Part shown: positions 1 through 14,407 of the stretch, in pieces | Numbering within the stretch: the first letter of the stretch is position 1 | Layout of the letters: the number at the start of each line of letters is the position of its first letter | From: the human T2T-CHM13v2.0 reference genome, Homo sapiens | Direction: 5' to 3' (one strand) | Length of the DNA stretch: 64,000 nucleotides | Assembly: GCF_009914755.1 (NCBI RefSeq) | Contig: NC_060945.1 | Translations under genes and position numbers: made by a program | Notes under the pieces: model-generated | Databases searched by the model: none | Told to the model about the DNA's origin: nothing | Seen by the model: only the letters and a program-made list of their open reading frames with translations

Positions 1-255
1 GTACAAACATACAGTTAGATAGAAGGAATAAGCTTTAATGTGTGGTAGCACAGTAGGGTGACTATAGTTAAGTTAACAACAATATATTGTCTATTTCAAA
101 ATAACAAAGAGAGAGGACCTGAACTGGTCCCAACACATAGAAATGATAAATACTTTAGGTAATGGATACCTTAAATACCCTGACTTGATCATTACACATT
201 CTACGCATGTAATAAAATATCACATGTACTGCATAAATAATGTACAAATATGTAT
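1..255 (+). mobile_element. L1 (L1MA-like) 3' end fragment
   Basis: gtagcacagtagggtgactatagtta...ccctgacttgatcattacacatt typical of L1MA 3'UTR. Confidence 0.75.
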
Positions 256-1189
256 CAGTGAAACAACTGACAATGACAAGGTTCCTTTTATAACCCTCAC
301 TGTTCCAGATGAAAAACTGAATCAAGATCATATAGTTATTACGAGATAGGGCAGGGATTTAAATCAGACCATTTAATCCAAGAACCACCCATTTCACCAT
401 GATTGTCATGTGTGTCAGTTCCATGTAATGTTCTTACTGACCTGCAAGATGATGTGTACGTGCTTCAGGATCTACTGACTAGCAGGCTTTGAAATCCCTG
501 CCTCCTAGTACAACCTATTCTGCAGTGACACTCTTCTTTTAACTGAAATGTACCTTACCAAGTAACTGAAGAAAGCCAGCCAGATTAAGAAGCGGGTTTG
601 GGGCCACTTGTAGGTAAGTGAGTGCAACTGTTTGAGGAGAATTCCAGGCAAGGAGAAACTTTACTCAGCTCTAAGTGTATCCTGTGATCTAAATGTTACA
701 GATACATTATAATCCCACGGGCTCTTCTGAAAGGAGCAGATACCTGCTAGAGAAAGAGCAGATTTCTATGGAGATGAGGCCATTCCTTCTGGAAAAGCAA
801 CAAAAGCAACAAACCCTTACATTGTTTATAAGCCCTTAAGGTTTTCTTGTAATCCGAGTTTACCTGCTTCATGATTCCTTATAATATATGGCAGAAGGAC
901 TGTATAATTATTAAAAGTTACTTAAATATCAACGCTTTCATTTCTTGTCATCCACCTCTGAATCTGTCACCTCTGTTTAACCCTCCCTGGTATTTAAATA
1001 GCTAATCTAGTGTTGGAGGCCAGGTTAACAACGTGCACGTCTCTAAGTGACTTCATAGCGACCTTCACACGTCTATTTATTTGGTATTTCCTTTGTGTTC
1101 CTTTATATGAACTGACTGAGCCCTTGCTAATAATTAAAAGAATTTGCTAAAGTATTCTTTTGGCAAAGTCAGTAGATAAGAATTTCTGT

Positions 1190-1505
<316 letters not shown>

Positions 1506-1597
1506 TTAGCTTGCCCACCAAAGTATAAAACTAACTGAGAAAAGTATTTTCCAAAACTAGTTCAGGTTGGTGCATATGTATTTGAAGGCACGTGTGT

Positions 1598-2540
1598 ATT
1601 CACTCATTCAGGAAATATTTATGGAGCTCTACTATGTGCCTGGTCTATCCTAGGCAATGACAAGCAAAAACCCCTGCTTTCACAGAATCACCATCCTAGT
1701 GGGGTGAGGTAGGGCAGACAGATAACAACTAGAATATATTATGTGTCAGATGAAGATAACTGCTATGGGGGAAAATAAGGCAGAGAAGGATGCCAGAGAG
1801 TAGGGGTTGTGTTTTAAAATGGAATGCTTGGGGCGGGCATGGTGGCTCATGCCTGTAATCCAAGTACTTTGGGAGGCCAAAGCAGGCGGATCACGAGGTC
1901 AAGAGATCGAGTCCATCCTGGCCAACATGGTGAAACCCCATCACTACTAAAAAAAATACAAAAATTAGCTGGATGTGGTGCCATGCGCCTGTAGTCCCAG
2001 ATACTCGGGAGGCTGAGGCAGGAGGATCACTTGAACCTGGGAGCTGGAGGCTTCAGTGAGCCGAGATCACACCACTGCACTCTAGCCATTTTATAAAAGT
2101 AAAATGGAGTGCTTGGGGAAAATAATTAATCAGAGACTGCAGCAAGGTAAGGGAGTAAGCCATGAGAATATAGGGGGCATCCCAGGCAGAGGCCCAGCAA
2201 GTTCTAGGGACGGCAAGCAGGCTGGTGTTTTAGGGGCTGCAGAAGTCTAGTAAGCCAGAAAGAGACTGGGATTGCCTGATTTTATAGGACCTTATACTTC
2301 ATGCATAAAGACTTGACTTTTTCTTACTGTGAGACAGAAAACCTTTGAAAGATTTTGAGCATAAAAGTGGCATGGTCTGATTCATGATTTCCAAAGAGGA
2401 TCAGCTGGCTGTGGAGTGGAGAGCAGACTGTCGAAGGCCAGGAACTAGTTAGGAGGTGGTGGCAATAATCTAGGTGACAGGAGGTGATGGTGACTTGGAC
2501 TGGTACAGTGGTAATGGAGATAGAGAGAAGAGGTTGGATT
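1598..2540 (-). mobile_element. L2 fragment (interrupted by Alu)
   Basis: cattcaggaaatatttatggagctctactatgtgcctgg resembles reverse L2 3' end; further L2-like text to ~2540. Confidence 0.6.
1830..2087 (+). mobile_element. AluS (Sc-like), 3' truncated
   Basis: Alu consensus; flanking repeat taaaatgga(a/g)tgcttgggg. Confidence 0.9.
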
Positions 2541-2545
2541 TTACG

Positions 2546-2546
2546 T

Positions 2547-2578
<32 letters not shown>

Positions 2579-2707
2579 TTGTGTACTTTCTAGTGATGGC
2601 ATCTCACTATGCTGCTTCCAAGCTGGTCTAGAACTCCTGGGCGCAAGTGATTCTCCTGCTTCAGCCTCCCGAGTAGCTGGGACTACAGGTGCACCACCAT
2701 GCCTGGC
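2546..2707 (-). mobile_element. FLAM/Alu monomer with adjoining (TG)n microsatellite
   Basis: Reverse Alu-monomer text 2590-2707 preceded by TG repeat. Confidence 0.75.
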
Positions 2708-3876
2708 TTTGGGTATATATTTTTAAAAAGTGAAGCCAGTTGGATTTACTGGCAGGTTGGATGTAGGGTTTGGAAGAAAAGAGCTAAGGTTTTCAGTTTG
2801 GGCATGTCTGTGCACACGTTGGCATATGTGTCTACATAAAGCTTAATGTTATCCAAAATTATCTCATTTCTTTTTTTACTTATTTTATTTTTATTTTTTT
2901 TTTGCTTTATACCATTTGAAGAGGGACCTTCCCAGTCTTGTTTATTGCTGTATATCCAGTGTCTGGAACAATCTGTCTCTTTCTCTTTCTCTCTTAAAAG
3001 AAAGTATTTAGCTATCGGTAATGTGGTTACAGAAAAATTGTAAGGAGCTGTTATTTTCTGTCTTCTGCATTTTCAGCATTGAGCCTGCATTTATTTAAAA
3101 ACAAACTTTATTTAATTTCAGAAGATTGAACAAATTTGCAAAATTATATAATAGAAAATTTTAAAATGCTTATTATCATTAAGTGAAAAATTCTACATTC
3201 TGCAGACAGAATGTTATTTTGAGAGCCAATGTTAATGTGAGTAAATGACCCCAAACCCTATAAAAGAATAAATCCAAACCCTATAAGATCAAATAGCCTT
3301 GTGTGATCCACAGGATCAGTTTCCAGGACAGAATAGACTTTATTAGCATTGTTTTTCTGCAAGGACATTATTCAGGCCAGTTCTCAGCCACTCAGCCAAC
3401 AGCTTTGTTTCCGACTGTGCCAAGTCTGCAAACAGTAGCTGATCATCTTTAGCTCAATTCAAAAGGAGGTTTTTCTAGATATTCCAACCACACCCCCCCC
3501 CCAATAGCCAGCACATTTCTATCAAGTTTGATTGAGTTAGAGTTTATGAAATATTTCCTGAATGACTGAATACACACGTGCCTTCAAATACATATGCACC
3601 AACCTGAACTAGTTTTGGAAAATACTTTCCTCAGTTAGTTTTATACTTTGGGGGGTAAGCTAATGTCACAAGACACTCTATTGACAGAAATTCTTATCTA
3701 CTGACTTTGCTAAAAGAATTTGCTAAATATTATTACTCGCATGAGTGTCTTTAATTTGGTTCTTTGTAAACATTGAGCATTGAAGACGGTTTGTTATTAA
3801 GGACAAAGTTATGTATCTAACTAATCTCACATTTTTCTAAGCAGCGCAAATAAACCCAGAGCCCTTCAATGGTTCA

Positions 3877-4213
3877 CAGGTCCACAATCCTTTTATACAC
3901 ATTCTGAAATCCTAAAAGGCTCTGAATACTGAAAGCTGTTTTGGGAACTCATCTAGAATCAGAACCAGAAAGGCTTGAACTCAGCTGGAGGTGAACCTAA
4001 ACTGGGGGTGGGGGGCCTGAAGCTTGTATGATTTTACCATATCTCACCAAATGTGATGCCTGTCTTACTGCAGAAATATTAATGTGTTTGATCACAAAGT
4101 GATGTTCTGTGTTATGTAATATACAGTAAAATCACTCAATCATCTTTCTAACAATTCTGTTTTCTGAAACACATCCGGGCTCATGGGATTTGCATAAAGC
4201 ACTGTAAACCTGT
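3877..4213. mobile_element. Old TcMar-Tigger-like DNA transposon fragment
   Basis: Degenerate TIRs caggtccacaatcctt ... aaagcactgtaaacctg followed by TA. Confidence 0.4.
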
Positions 4214-5972
4214 ACTGTGTTTGCTGTTCCGGGCTGAACGTGCTGGCTTCATCTTTCTTTACAAGATAAGGGTGATGGCTGCTACCTTGCCCCGGTGAAT
4301 GCAGCAGGATTCCTTTTCTAGGTGCCTAGAGCTTTTACGGCTCACGTGCATCTCTGGCTCACCTGTGTGAGTGTCATGCTTTGACTAGATGCCACTTTGT
4401 GGTGATGAAGCTTCTGGCCTGTACCTACCCAGACAGAGCACAGCCTTGGAGAAAGGTAGCATGAAGCTGAGTGTCTCTGGGCTCCTGTCCTGTCATCCAT
4501 CAGTGATGAGCAATGGGAAGTAGAAGGAGACACATTATGTTCATGGCCAAAGGTGTGACCCCAAGCCACATCAAAGGCACACCCAGCTCTTTCAACGAAA
4601 ACAACCTTCTGTGGGCATGAGGGGCTCATGTATCTTAGGCCAATATCAAAGCCATATAAAGCCTGATGAATCAAGTCAGTCTTGAGCTGGGATCCCCGTT
4701 CCACCACATTTACATAGTGCCACCTTGGGTAACCCAGTTTCTTGGTAACCCACTAGAAGTAGCCTGGCTTATAATAAACTTACGACATACTTTTCACCAT
4801 AATAACTTCCTTTTTAAAGTAGGTATTGGGTCTGTGATCCTGGGAGAACCCTAACCCAGGGAATTCCATAGCTCCCCTCTTTCACATCTTGGATTTTCTT
4901 TTCTCCACCTCCAGATTCCCAAGCTCTTAACTTGGAGGCAGAAGCACTGGTGGTGAGTTTAGAAATCTAGGAGAATCAGCAAGATACACAGACTCTTACA
5001 GTCTTAAGAGACCCGGGAGATGAAGGTGTAACCTTTTTCCAGCGCAGGGCTCCCACGATCCTCCAGACAGGCCCGGAGAAGCGGACCCTCATGGACAACA
5101 GCGCCCATCTCTGGTCAGAGAAACTCGACTGGCTCCTTGTGCGTCTATATGAGGGGCCTCTGGAACCTCTCCGGGGGCCCTGCAGACATGGGAAGGCGGC
5201 CAGCGTAGCCTCCCCAGCTTCTTCTCTCAGGGATTTACACCCTTGCTCTTGGACATCAGGCACAATGTGGACATCTTCAGTTGGGTACCGGGGGAGCTTG
5301 ATGCTTCACTCCTGGGGTAAGGTGGGGATTAGGTGTTTGGGTGTCGGGGTGTGTGTTTGGAGGGGGTGATTTAAGTGACTCTGGAACTTGAAGCCATTCT
5401 AGAGAACAACACCCAAGCGGCCAGGAGAACCAGAATCTTTTCATCAACATCCACAAGGGTCACGAGAAAGGCTGTCATTGGCCAAGCTCCTAGGCTACCC
5501 AAACAAAGGAGGGAGGAGGGGAAGACAAACCCCGCCCAAGCCCCAGGGGATGGAGTTGGCACCAAGGACTTCTGGTCAACCCCAGGACAGCGGACAGCGG
5601 GCCGGGCACTTCCAAAGGCGCAGGAGCGAAGCAGCCCTCTCCAGCCGTGCACTGCACCTCCGCGGCCCGCGGGCGAGATTGGGGTCCCGGTGGGAAGCAG
5701 ACGCGCAATCGGGGAGAAGCTCCAGCAGTGGAGGAAGAGTCCAGGGAGTTTCAGCTGGGCAGAAGGGGCGCAGAGGCTTGGGGCCAAGCGGAGTTTGCCC
5801 TGCGGGTCCTGCGCAAGGCCCCAGTGCCCCGGCTAAACCTTTGCCGCAGGATCCCGGAGCCGGCGTCCTTCAAGGAGCACAGAGGGCCCCGTAGCACGCC
5901 CCTTGCCCAGCGCCACCGACCCTTAAGCAGCGTCAAGGAAGGAGTCCCGATCAAGGACAGGGATCTGCGGCC

Positions 5973-7346
5973 ATGGCCGAGGCCGCGGAGCCGGAGGGGG
6001 TTGCCCCGGGTCCCCAGGGGCCGCCGGAGGTCCCCGCGCCTCTGGCTGAGAGACCCGGAGAGCCAGGAGCCGCGGGCGGGGAGGCAGAAGGGCCGGAGGG
6101 GAGCGAGGGCGCAGAGGAGGCGCCGAGGGGCGCCGCCGCTGTGAAGGAGGCAGGAGGCGGCGGGCCAGACAGGGGCCCGGAGGCCGAGGCGCGGGGCACG
6201 AGGGGGGCGCACGGCGAGACTGAGGCCGAGGAGGGAGCCCCGGAGGGTGCCGAGGTGCCCCAGGGAGGGGAGGAGACAAGCGGCGCGCAGCAGGTGGAGG
6301 GGGCGAGCCCGGGACGCGGCGCGCAGGGCGAGCCCCGCGGGGAGGCTCAGAGGGAGCCCGAGGACTCTGCGGCCCCCGAGAGGCAGGAGGAGGCGGAGCA
6401 GAGGCCTGAGGTCCCGGAAGGTAGCGCGTCCGGGGAGGCGGGGGACAGCGTAGACGCGGAGGGCCCGCTGGGGGACAACATAGAAGCCGAGGGCCCGGCG
6501 GGCGACAGCGTAGAGGCGGAGGGCCGGGTGGGGGACAGCGTAGACGCGGAAGGTCCGGCGGGGGACAGCGTAGACGCGGAGGGCCCGCTGGGGGACAACA
6601 TACAAGCCGAGGGCCCGGCGGGGGACAGCGTAGACGCGGAGGGCCGGGTGGGGGACAGCGTAGACGCGGAAGGTCCGGCGGGGGACAGCGTAGACGCGGA
6701 GGGCCGGGTGGGGGACAGCGTAGAGGCGGGGGACCCGGCGGGGGACGGCGTAGAAGCGGGGGTCCCGGCGGGGGACAGCGTAGAAGCCGAAGGCCCGGCG
6801 GGGGACAGCATGGACGCCGAGGGTCCGGCAGGAAGGGCGCGCCGGGTCTCGGGTGAGCCGCAGCAATCGGGGGACGGCAGCCTCTCGCCCCAGGCCGAGG
6901 CAATTGAGGTCGCAGCCGGGGAGAGTGCGGGGCGCAGCCCCGGTGAGCTCGCCTGGGACGCAGCGGAGGAGGCGGAGGTCCCGGGGGTAAAGGGGTCCGA
7001 AGAAGCGGCCCCCGGGGACGCAAGGGCAGACGCTGGCGAGGACAGGGTAGGGGATGGGCCACAGCAGGAGCCGGGGGAGGACGAAGAGAGACGAGAGCGG
7101 AGCCCGGAGGGGCCAAGGGAGGAGGAAGCAGCGGGGGGCGAAGAGGAATCCCCCGACAGCAGCCCACATGGGGAGGCCTCCAGGGGCGCCGCGGAGCCTG
7201 AGGCCCAGCTCAGCAACCACCTGGCCGAGGAGGGCCCCGCCGAGGGTAGCGGCGAGGCCGCGCGCGTGAACGGCCGCCGGGAGGACGGAGAGGCGTCCGA
7301 GCCCCGGGCCCTGGGGCAGGAGCACGACATCACCCTCTTCGTCAAG
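5973..7346 (+). CDS. CLIC6: CLIC6 coding exon 1 (458 codons): acidic, Gly/Ala/Glu/Pro-rich N-terminal extension ending at the first beta-strand of the CLIC domain (HDITLFVK)
   Basis: Strong Kozak gcggccATGG; ORF MAEAAEPEGV...EHDITLFVK; donor AAG/gtaaag at 7347; joins in frame to [14 protein letters not shown] exon. Confidence 0.97.
6441..6830 (+). repeat. Coding 30-bp tandem repeat, 13 copies of decapeptide GDSVDAEGPA-like
   Basis: ggggacagcgtagacgcggagggcccggcg variants every 30 nt. Confidence 0.95.
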
Positions 7347-9269
7347 GTAAAGCTCGCTTCCCTCAATTCTTAGGACGACCCCCTTCCATTCGAGGTCTTG
7401 GTCATCTCAGATCCCAGAGGGACGCGCAGGGAGGAACCCTTGGTGGTATCCTGATTGTCATCAGGCGCTTCCATGCGCGGGCGGTAGGCGGGACAGCCGG
7501 GATTTCCCGGAGAAGAGTTTCCAGGGCATTTGCGGGAGGACTCAATGGTTTGGAAGCAAAGACTTTGGGGGTGGGGGCGACGGGGAGTGCGATGGGGGCC
7601 AATGAGGATGTGGGGTTGTGGGTTCAGCATCCCACTGTCCTTTGACCTGAACATCCTAACCAGCCCTCCTAGTCAGGAGGTTATTAACGAATTAACTAAA
7701 AAGTTAAAAAAAAAAAAAAAAAAAAAAAGAAGAAGAAGAAAAGCAACGCACCCTATTGGTGTTCAAAGGGATTTCTGCCAAAGGAAGCTTTAATACTTGA
7801 AGCCAAAAAACGCAGACAGGTAGGTTCAATGTGGGAGGTGCCTTCCAGACTCAATCTCGGAGACCCAGAGCTGGTCAATGTTTTCAACTCCAAAAAGGTA
7901 TTCCATTTTGGTAGAATCAACAATGTACGTTTAGGGGGGAATGGAGCCTTATTGACATAATGTTTTTTGAACGTTTTAACATTGAATTTGGAAGAATACA
8001 AGATGCCGGTGACTTGAACATCATCTGCTTGTATGTCATGTTTTTAACCTCAGTTCACATGGGAAGAGAGCAAGGATTCTGTGAAGGAATCTGTAGAGAC
8101 ACAACTGAGGAAGTTTTGAATTTAAACAGGAATTATTTACAAGGCATGAAAAATGAAAGAACAAAGCTCAGCAGCAGTTCACACCAGGATCTTTGTTTAA
8201 AAAGCCTTTTCTGAGGACCTTTGGCCAGACCCAGGAAAGTTGGAGATAATAAGGTCAAGAATGTGCATTTCATGTTGAATCATAATCCTTCAGAAATACT
8301 TCCAGGCTTATAGAAACCAGTTACCATCTAAATCTCTCTGGCTGAAATGCAAGCACATTTTAATAAGTAAAAGGAAATGCTCCCAATGTGATTAACATCA
8401 GAATTTTAAGAATTGTTTGGGTGGCGAGGGGCTTGGGAAAGAAGGGGTGTGTGTGTGTTTCTTCCCTAGTGAGAAGGTGCTGTTTCTGGCTTTTTTCAAG
8501 ACCCTGGGACATAACCTCAGGACACCAGCCCCTGAGAGGCTGCTGGGAAGAGCTGGAGCGCAGTGCTGCTGTGTGACCCCAAATCTGCTCCTCTCCATCA
8601 CCTTGGTTTTAGAAATTTCCCGTTGCTGTGGTTGTAAGGATACATGATTCTGGCACACGGCCTCTTAGCACAGTTTTGATGGACAGTAGCAGCTTCTGGC
8701 TAGTCTCCCTGTTTCAGTTCTCTGTCCTCTCCAATCTAGTCTCTTTGTAATAGCCAGTGAGCTGCGGACAAGATCTGATCATTTTATTTCTTTGTGTAAA
8801 ATTCTTCAGTTGTTTATTGCAGAATTTCAGGTAAATCCCCACTCCTTAGGCAGCCCACAAGGCCCTTTGTGATGTTATTTCTGCCTTCTTTCTTTCTGGC
8901 CTTGGCATTGCTGGGTGTCCCCACCCTTTGTTACCTGTGGTCTCGCTATGCCACCTGGATTAAACTACTTACTGTTCCTTGAGGGAGCCACGTTCTTTCC
9001 TGCCTTGAAACTTTCTACATTATGTACCCTCTGTCTGAATGGAGTTTCTCCTCCTCGCCCCTGTCTGCCCTCCTGCCTAGTTATCTGCCACAAGTCCAAG
9101 AGTTAGCATGGATGTCATATCTTCCAGTCCCAGTCGGATGACCCTGTTAAGGCATTGCCCTCAGCCTGCTATGTCTCTTTCCTCAGCTGTGTGAAATTCA
9201 TCATTCTATCTCCAGCGCAGAACACAGGTGTGGGATGTGGTGAAGGCTTGAATGGGCGGCTAGCTGCTG

Positions 9270-9525
9270 GATAGTGTGGTGATCAAGAACACGGACTTTA
9301 GAGCCAGTGGGTCTGGGATCAAATCTTGGCTTTGCTAATTTCTTGCCGTGTGACCTTGGGCAAGTTACTTAATCTTTTGGTATCATTGTGGTCTCATTGA
9401 TAAAATGGGGACGGTAATAGTACCTAGCCCTTGAGGTTACCGTGAGAAATTGAGAATTAGATTACACAAAGCACTTAGAAAAGTGCCTGGCTGGAAATAA
9501 GCTTAGTACACATGTGAGTTCCTAT
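9270..9525 (+). mobile_element. MIR
   Basis: Core tgtgaccttgggcaagttacttaa...taaaatgggga...aaagcacttagaa. Confidence 0.85.
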
Positions 9526-9871
9526 TGTTACATCTGTGCTGCTCGCATAACTTGCACTGATTTTGCACAGAAACAGTTATCCCTGCCATTACTTATTTTA
9601 TTTATTTTTAGGGAAAATCCCTCTAGGTACGTAATTACCTCCAATCTCTAGGGATAAGAATGTTGTGAAAAGTAAAAACAACTTGCTTCCTCAAATACTG
9701 CTTGGGAGGAGTTTGTGTGGGCAGAAGCATGTGGCCTAGCACCAGCAGCGGCCCAGCACGAGCAGCTTACCCACAATGCTTTATTCTGATGATTGATCTG
9801 GTGCTCAGTTGCTAACTTTTTTTTTTCTTAAGGAAACAGATAGATCTCCAAATGATGAGATTGGTTAACTT

Positions 9872-10189
<318 letters not shown>

Positions 10190-10707
10190 TGAGGGGTCAC
10201 TTATCATGAGCCTCACAGTATTGATATTGTGTCTCAGTTTCTTCTTATCCTACCAATTATGCTCTTTGAAAACAAAATGAAACAAAAACAAAAAAGACAG
10301 ACATCAAAGCAAAAAACAAAACTAAACAAACAAACAAAAAAACACCCTTTAGACTCATATTTTCTGAGTTTGAAATACTTGATGTAAAATCTGGAAATTA
10401 GTTCAGAATAGGATTTCTTTGCCAGAATTAGCCTTTTCTAGGCTCCTTTTTTGGGCTCAGTTTTGTCTGGGTTCTATTCTACAGTGGACACCTGAGCTGG
10501 GTTTTGTGAACATGCCTAGATGCGTCTTCATGGTGGGTTTTGTATGGCATAGCTGGAGTGTGGAATTCACAGCTGGGTTTAAAGGAAAGTACTGCAATAT
10601 TCTCTCAAACATTCTCCTAGCCTTCATATGACAGCTGAGCAAACACATTTTAAAATCAGTTAGCCCATATTTTATTTGGGAACTCCTAGCTTTCACATTT
10701 CTTCCAA

Positions 10708-10990
<283 letters not shown>

Positions 10991-13900
10991 TAAAAATAAA
11001 TATATTGGTTACAAATATACCAGAAAGTCATGGCTAACTATGTAGTAACATGTAATAATAATTGTCCCACATTTGCTTCTAATTAGCCATCTAATATATT
11101 CTCCATCTTTATGAGAATTGTCATGTTATTAATTTGTCAGTTTGTTTTATTTTACAAGCATGCAAGGATGCATTCTTGTACAGAAGCCAGGAACATATAG
11201 AACCAGCCAAGAAAGGTCTTAAATTATTTTGTGGTAAATTAATTGCTGATTATGCTAATTTTTAGTTTTGTTTTCTCAAAGAAGTGTTAATTATTTGTCA
11301 TCAAATTATAGGGTAACTCTGCAATATATTTAGTAAGAAAGGTTCTTTTTCTTTCCTCATAATAACAAAGGGTAACAACATAATCACATAATCACACAAC
11401 AACATAATAACAACAGGCAAAACACTAGCAGCAGAGAGTTAAGTAAGAACTTCATTTAAGTAAGGAGTTCAGCGGTAGTGGAGATTTAGTCGCCAAGGAA
11501 GTCTTGCTTACGGCTTTGGTTCCCCTAATCTGGCGTGTAAGCTTTGAGTCAGGGTCTTTGGGTGGGACAGTCTGAGCTACGGCTTTCCTGGCAAATTTGA
11601 CATGACTTAAAAAACTTCAGTGTTGACCAGTGATTAGTCCTGGGCCACCCAGGATTTAGACACCACCTGTTTACTTGTAAACATGCAGTTATTGCTGAGC
11701 TAAAAAAACTTGCATTTGTATTCACATTTGGGTTCTCCAAAGAGGTGAAACTGACCCGATGAAACACAGTAAAACTCAAGAAGGACATGGCCTTTGAATA
11801 AGCACTGTCACCCAGAAATGAGCCCCCGCCCCTCCAAAAAAAAAAAAAAAAAAGAGCCTTCCAAGCATTGCCATACCACAGGGCTGGGCAAGAATGAGCC
11901 AGGACCAGCGTCTGATGGACTCCTGGTAGAACGGTAAGCTGTGGCTCTCTGTGGACATGTCACTGGGAGAGAGCATGTTGGGACTTGTTCTATGGGGCTT
12001 GGTCTCCAGGGAGCTTGAAAGGGAGATGTTATTTTCACAACTATGTGTTCTGAAGGAAAGTGAGCAAAGATGCATTTCTGAGACTTTAATTCTCCCCTAA
12101 AAACAAATTTTTTGTAATTTTTTTTTATTGTCTTAGAAAACCTGCCTACAAATTACACATATGAAATCAGTACCGGGTTACTTGGGGGTGGAAACAGGTG
12201 GAGCATGATGTTTTGCGTAACCTCTTGCATACAAACAGGTGCAGGTGTGCACATGCATGCTGGGGGTGGGGATACCCCTGCCACACTCAGTGAGAGCCCT
12301 ATCGTCATTGCCTCTCGGTTCTCACCACCTGCCACTGCAGTGGGCTCATGGCAGGCCCTCCACTGTGCTTTTTGGTGCAGATAAATAGTGGGTCGGGTGG
12401 ATGGCTAATTGGTAAGACACAAGCCCAGTTCTCCACTGTCCCAGCCCAGTGTCCCTTGTGAGAGAAACAGAGCCACCTTTTTCCATGAAGGCCTCTTGGC
12501 AGCAGGGTTACAGGATGCTGGTGGCTTTGGGAATTTGAAGCTCTTTCCTGCCATGTGCACACATCACAGCTCCCGTCTCTGTCTGGGCTGACAGGCCATG
12601 TGCTTCATGAGAGCAATTATGTTTCTTTACCTTCAGCACGGGTTCCTCCCCTCACATGGGGTTTCCTTTGTGTCCTTGGTTTCACACAGCCAGCCTTTGT
12701 CGGGCCGACTCAGATATCCCATTTCCTTGAATATCTAAAGACCCACAGAAAACCTTCAGAAATACTACACTGGGTCCTTTAGTCATGTGAATGTATTGTG
12801 TCCTTTCGGACACCTAGATAAAACCTAGAAGTGGAAGGAGTATGTAAAAGCCAACACTCCAATCCATGCTTGAGGCTCAGAGGGATCCTCATGCTATGGG
12901 TCCATATATTAATTCAATACATATGGATATATTACCTACTGTGTGTTGGACTCTGTGCTAGATTCTGGGGACACATTGGTAAGCAGGACTGACAAGCTTC
13001 TTGCCCTCCCAGAGTTTACCATCTAGCACAGAAGACAGACATTGGGCAATGTAGTACATTATGTCTGTAGCATCTCCACTGGGCTGCAAGCCTGCACTGC
13101 AAAGACCATGTAGTTTTTCCCATCATTGTTCTTTCAGCCCTTTGCATGCTGTTTGACACATAACAGCCAGCCAGTTAATGATGGTATGAAGGGAAGGGGG
13201 ATGGACGATGAGCAGCAGGCCATAGGAGCATGCAGCAGCAGCAGGAGGACCTGCAGACACAGTGGTAATCACTAAATAGTTGTTGATTTAATTACATTTG
13301 GGGAGACACAACCATTTTCCTTTCCAGTCCACAGAGTAGTGGGATCCTCTGATAATGCCTAGTATAGATTCTTCAGGATTTTCTAAAACAGGTGATCTTT
13401 GGTCTATCATTCTCTGAACTCCTGTCATATTAGTAAAGAAAAAGTTTTTGTGAGAGTTATAAAGGTATTCAAATCTTCTAAAATTTTCCAGCATTAATTT
13501 TGTTTTTTTTTTTCTGCCTGAGTGTTGATTTATAAAGTGGGCCCTATATCTGGGCATAGTTGGGGGAGACATTTTCTTCACAATATAGAGAGTTTCCAAA
13601 AGACCACCCCCATGCTTTTTGTCAGCCCTTTTCTCCTCCCCACAGGGAGACGGTATCCAAGTCCATCTTCGGCTAAAATCCGTGCTTGTATTGACAGCCC
13701 CACTTCCTCCTTCTGAAAGCAGCATTTTAATTTGGAGCTGTTGGTGCTTAGGTATAAAATCTATTTCATTTAATGCTGCTATGAAAATTTCCCAGTTTTG
13801 AATTTAAGACAGTCTCTTATTGTTTTTTCCTGCTCTTGCATGGGGGACCATCTGCTCTGCCAAGCTTTCAAAACTTTGCTCTCAAGTTAGGTGGCAAATG

Positions 13901-14407
13901 GGCTAACAATTTGGTATATGTTAAGAGCTTGTTATAAAGAATACTTTTGCCCCAGCTGGTACTACAGTATGGTATTTAATGTTGAAGAGAACACCATTAA
14001 GAGTGTGTTCAGCTGCAATTAATAAACTATCCAGTAGCAAGTGCCTTTAATCAGAAATATATTTTTCTCATACAACAAGAAATCCAGAGATAGGTGGATA
14101 AAGCATCTTACCCATGTCATCAAGGGCTCAGATTAGTTCCTTGTGTTCTGTCTCCCTGTATCATCAAAAAATGGATGCCTTAGTCTTAAGCACCAAATCC
14201 TGACCAGCAATATCTCAAGTAGGAAACTAAAGGGAAGGGTCAGGATTTTTCTTCTTATTCCCATTCCTCCTTCATCAGGGAGGAGAAATGCTCCTGACAA
14301 CTCTTGCAGCAGACTTTTCTGTGTCTAATGGCTAGAACTGGATTCTGTGCCCCAACCCCCTCCAGGCCTTTTACAAGCACAAGGGTATGAGACTGGCGTA
14401 TATATAC

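Larger units (their letters stand above)
5590..7600. promoter_or_regulatory. CpG island / TATA-less CLIC6 promoter and exon 1
   Basis: Very high GC and CpG density versus CpG-poor flanks; spans start codon. Confidence 0.9.

Noticed and set aside
5375-6144. Overlapping promoter ORFs as uORFs or a separate gene
   Set aside because: Alternative start codons, GC-rich context, no recognisable homology
5751-7366. Long antisense ORFs in all three minus frames (524, 414, 339 aa)
   Set aside because: Non-ATG starts, low-complexity products, expected shadow of a GC-rich stop-poor repeat exon
7347-7373. ORF tail VKLASLNS*, resembling the VKL start of the cassette exon
   Set aside because: Intronic read-through past a good donor; gtaaagctc versus gtaaaactt looks coincidental
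13600-13760. Strong acceptor-like tract cttttctcctccccacag
   Set aside because: No convincing donor or CLIC-related coding sequence; common pseudo-site
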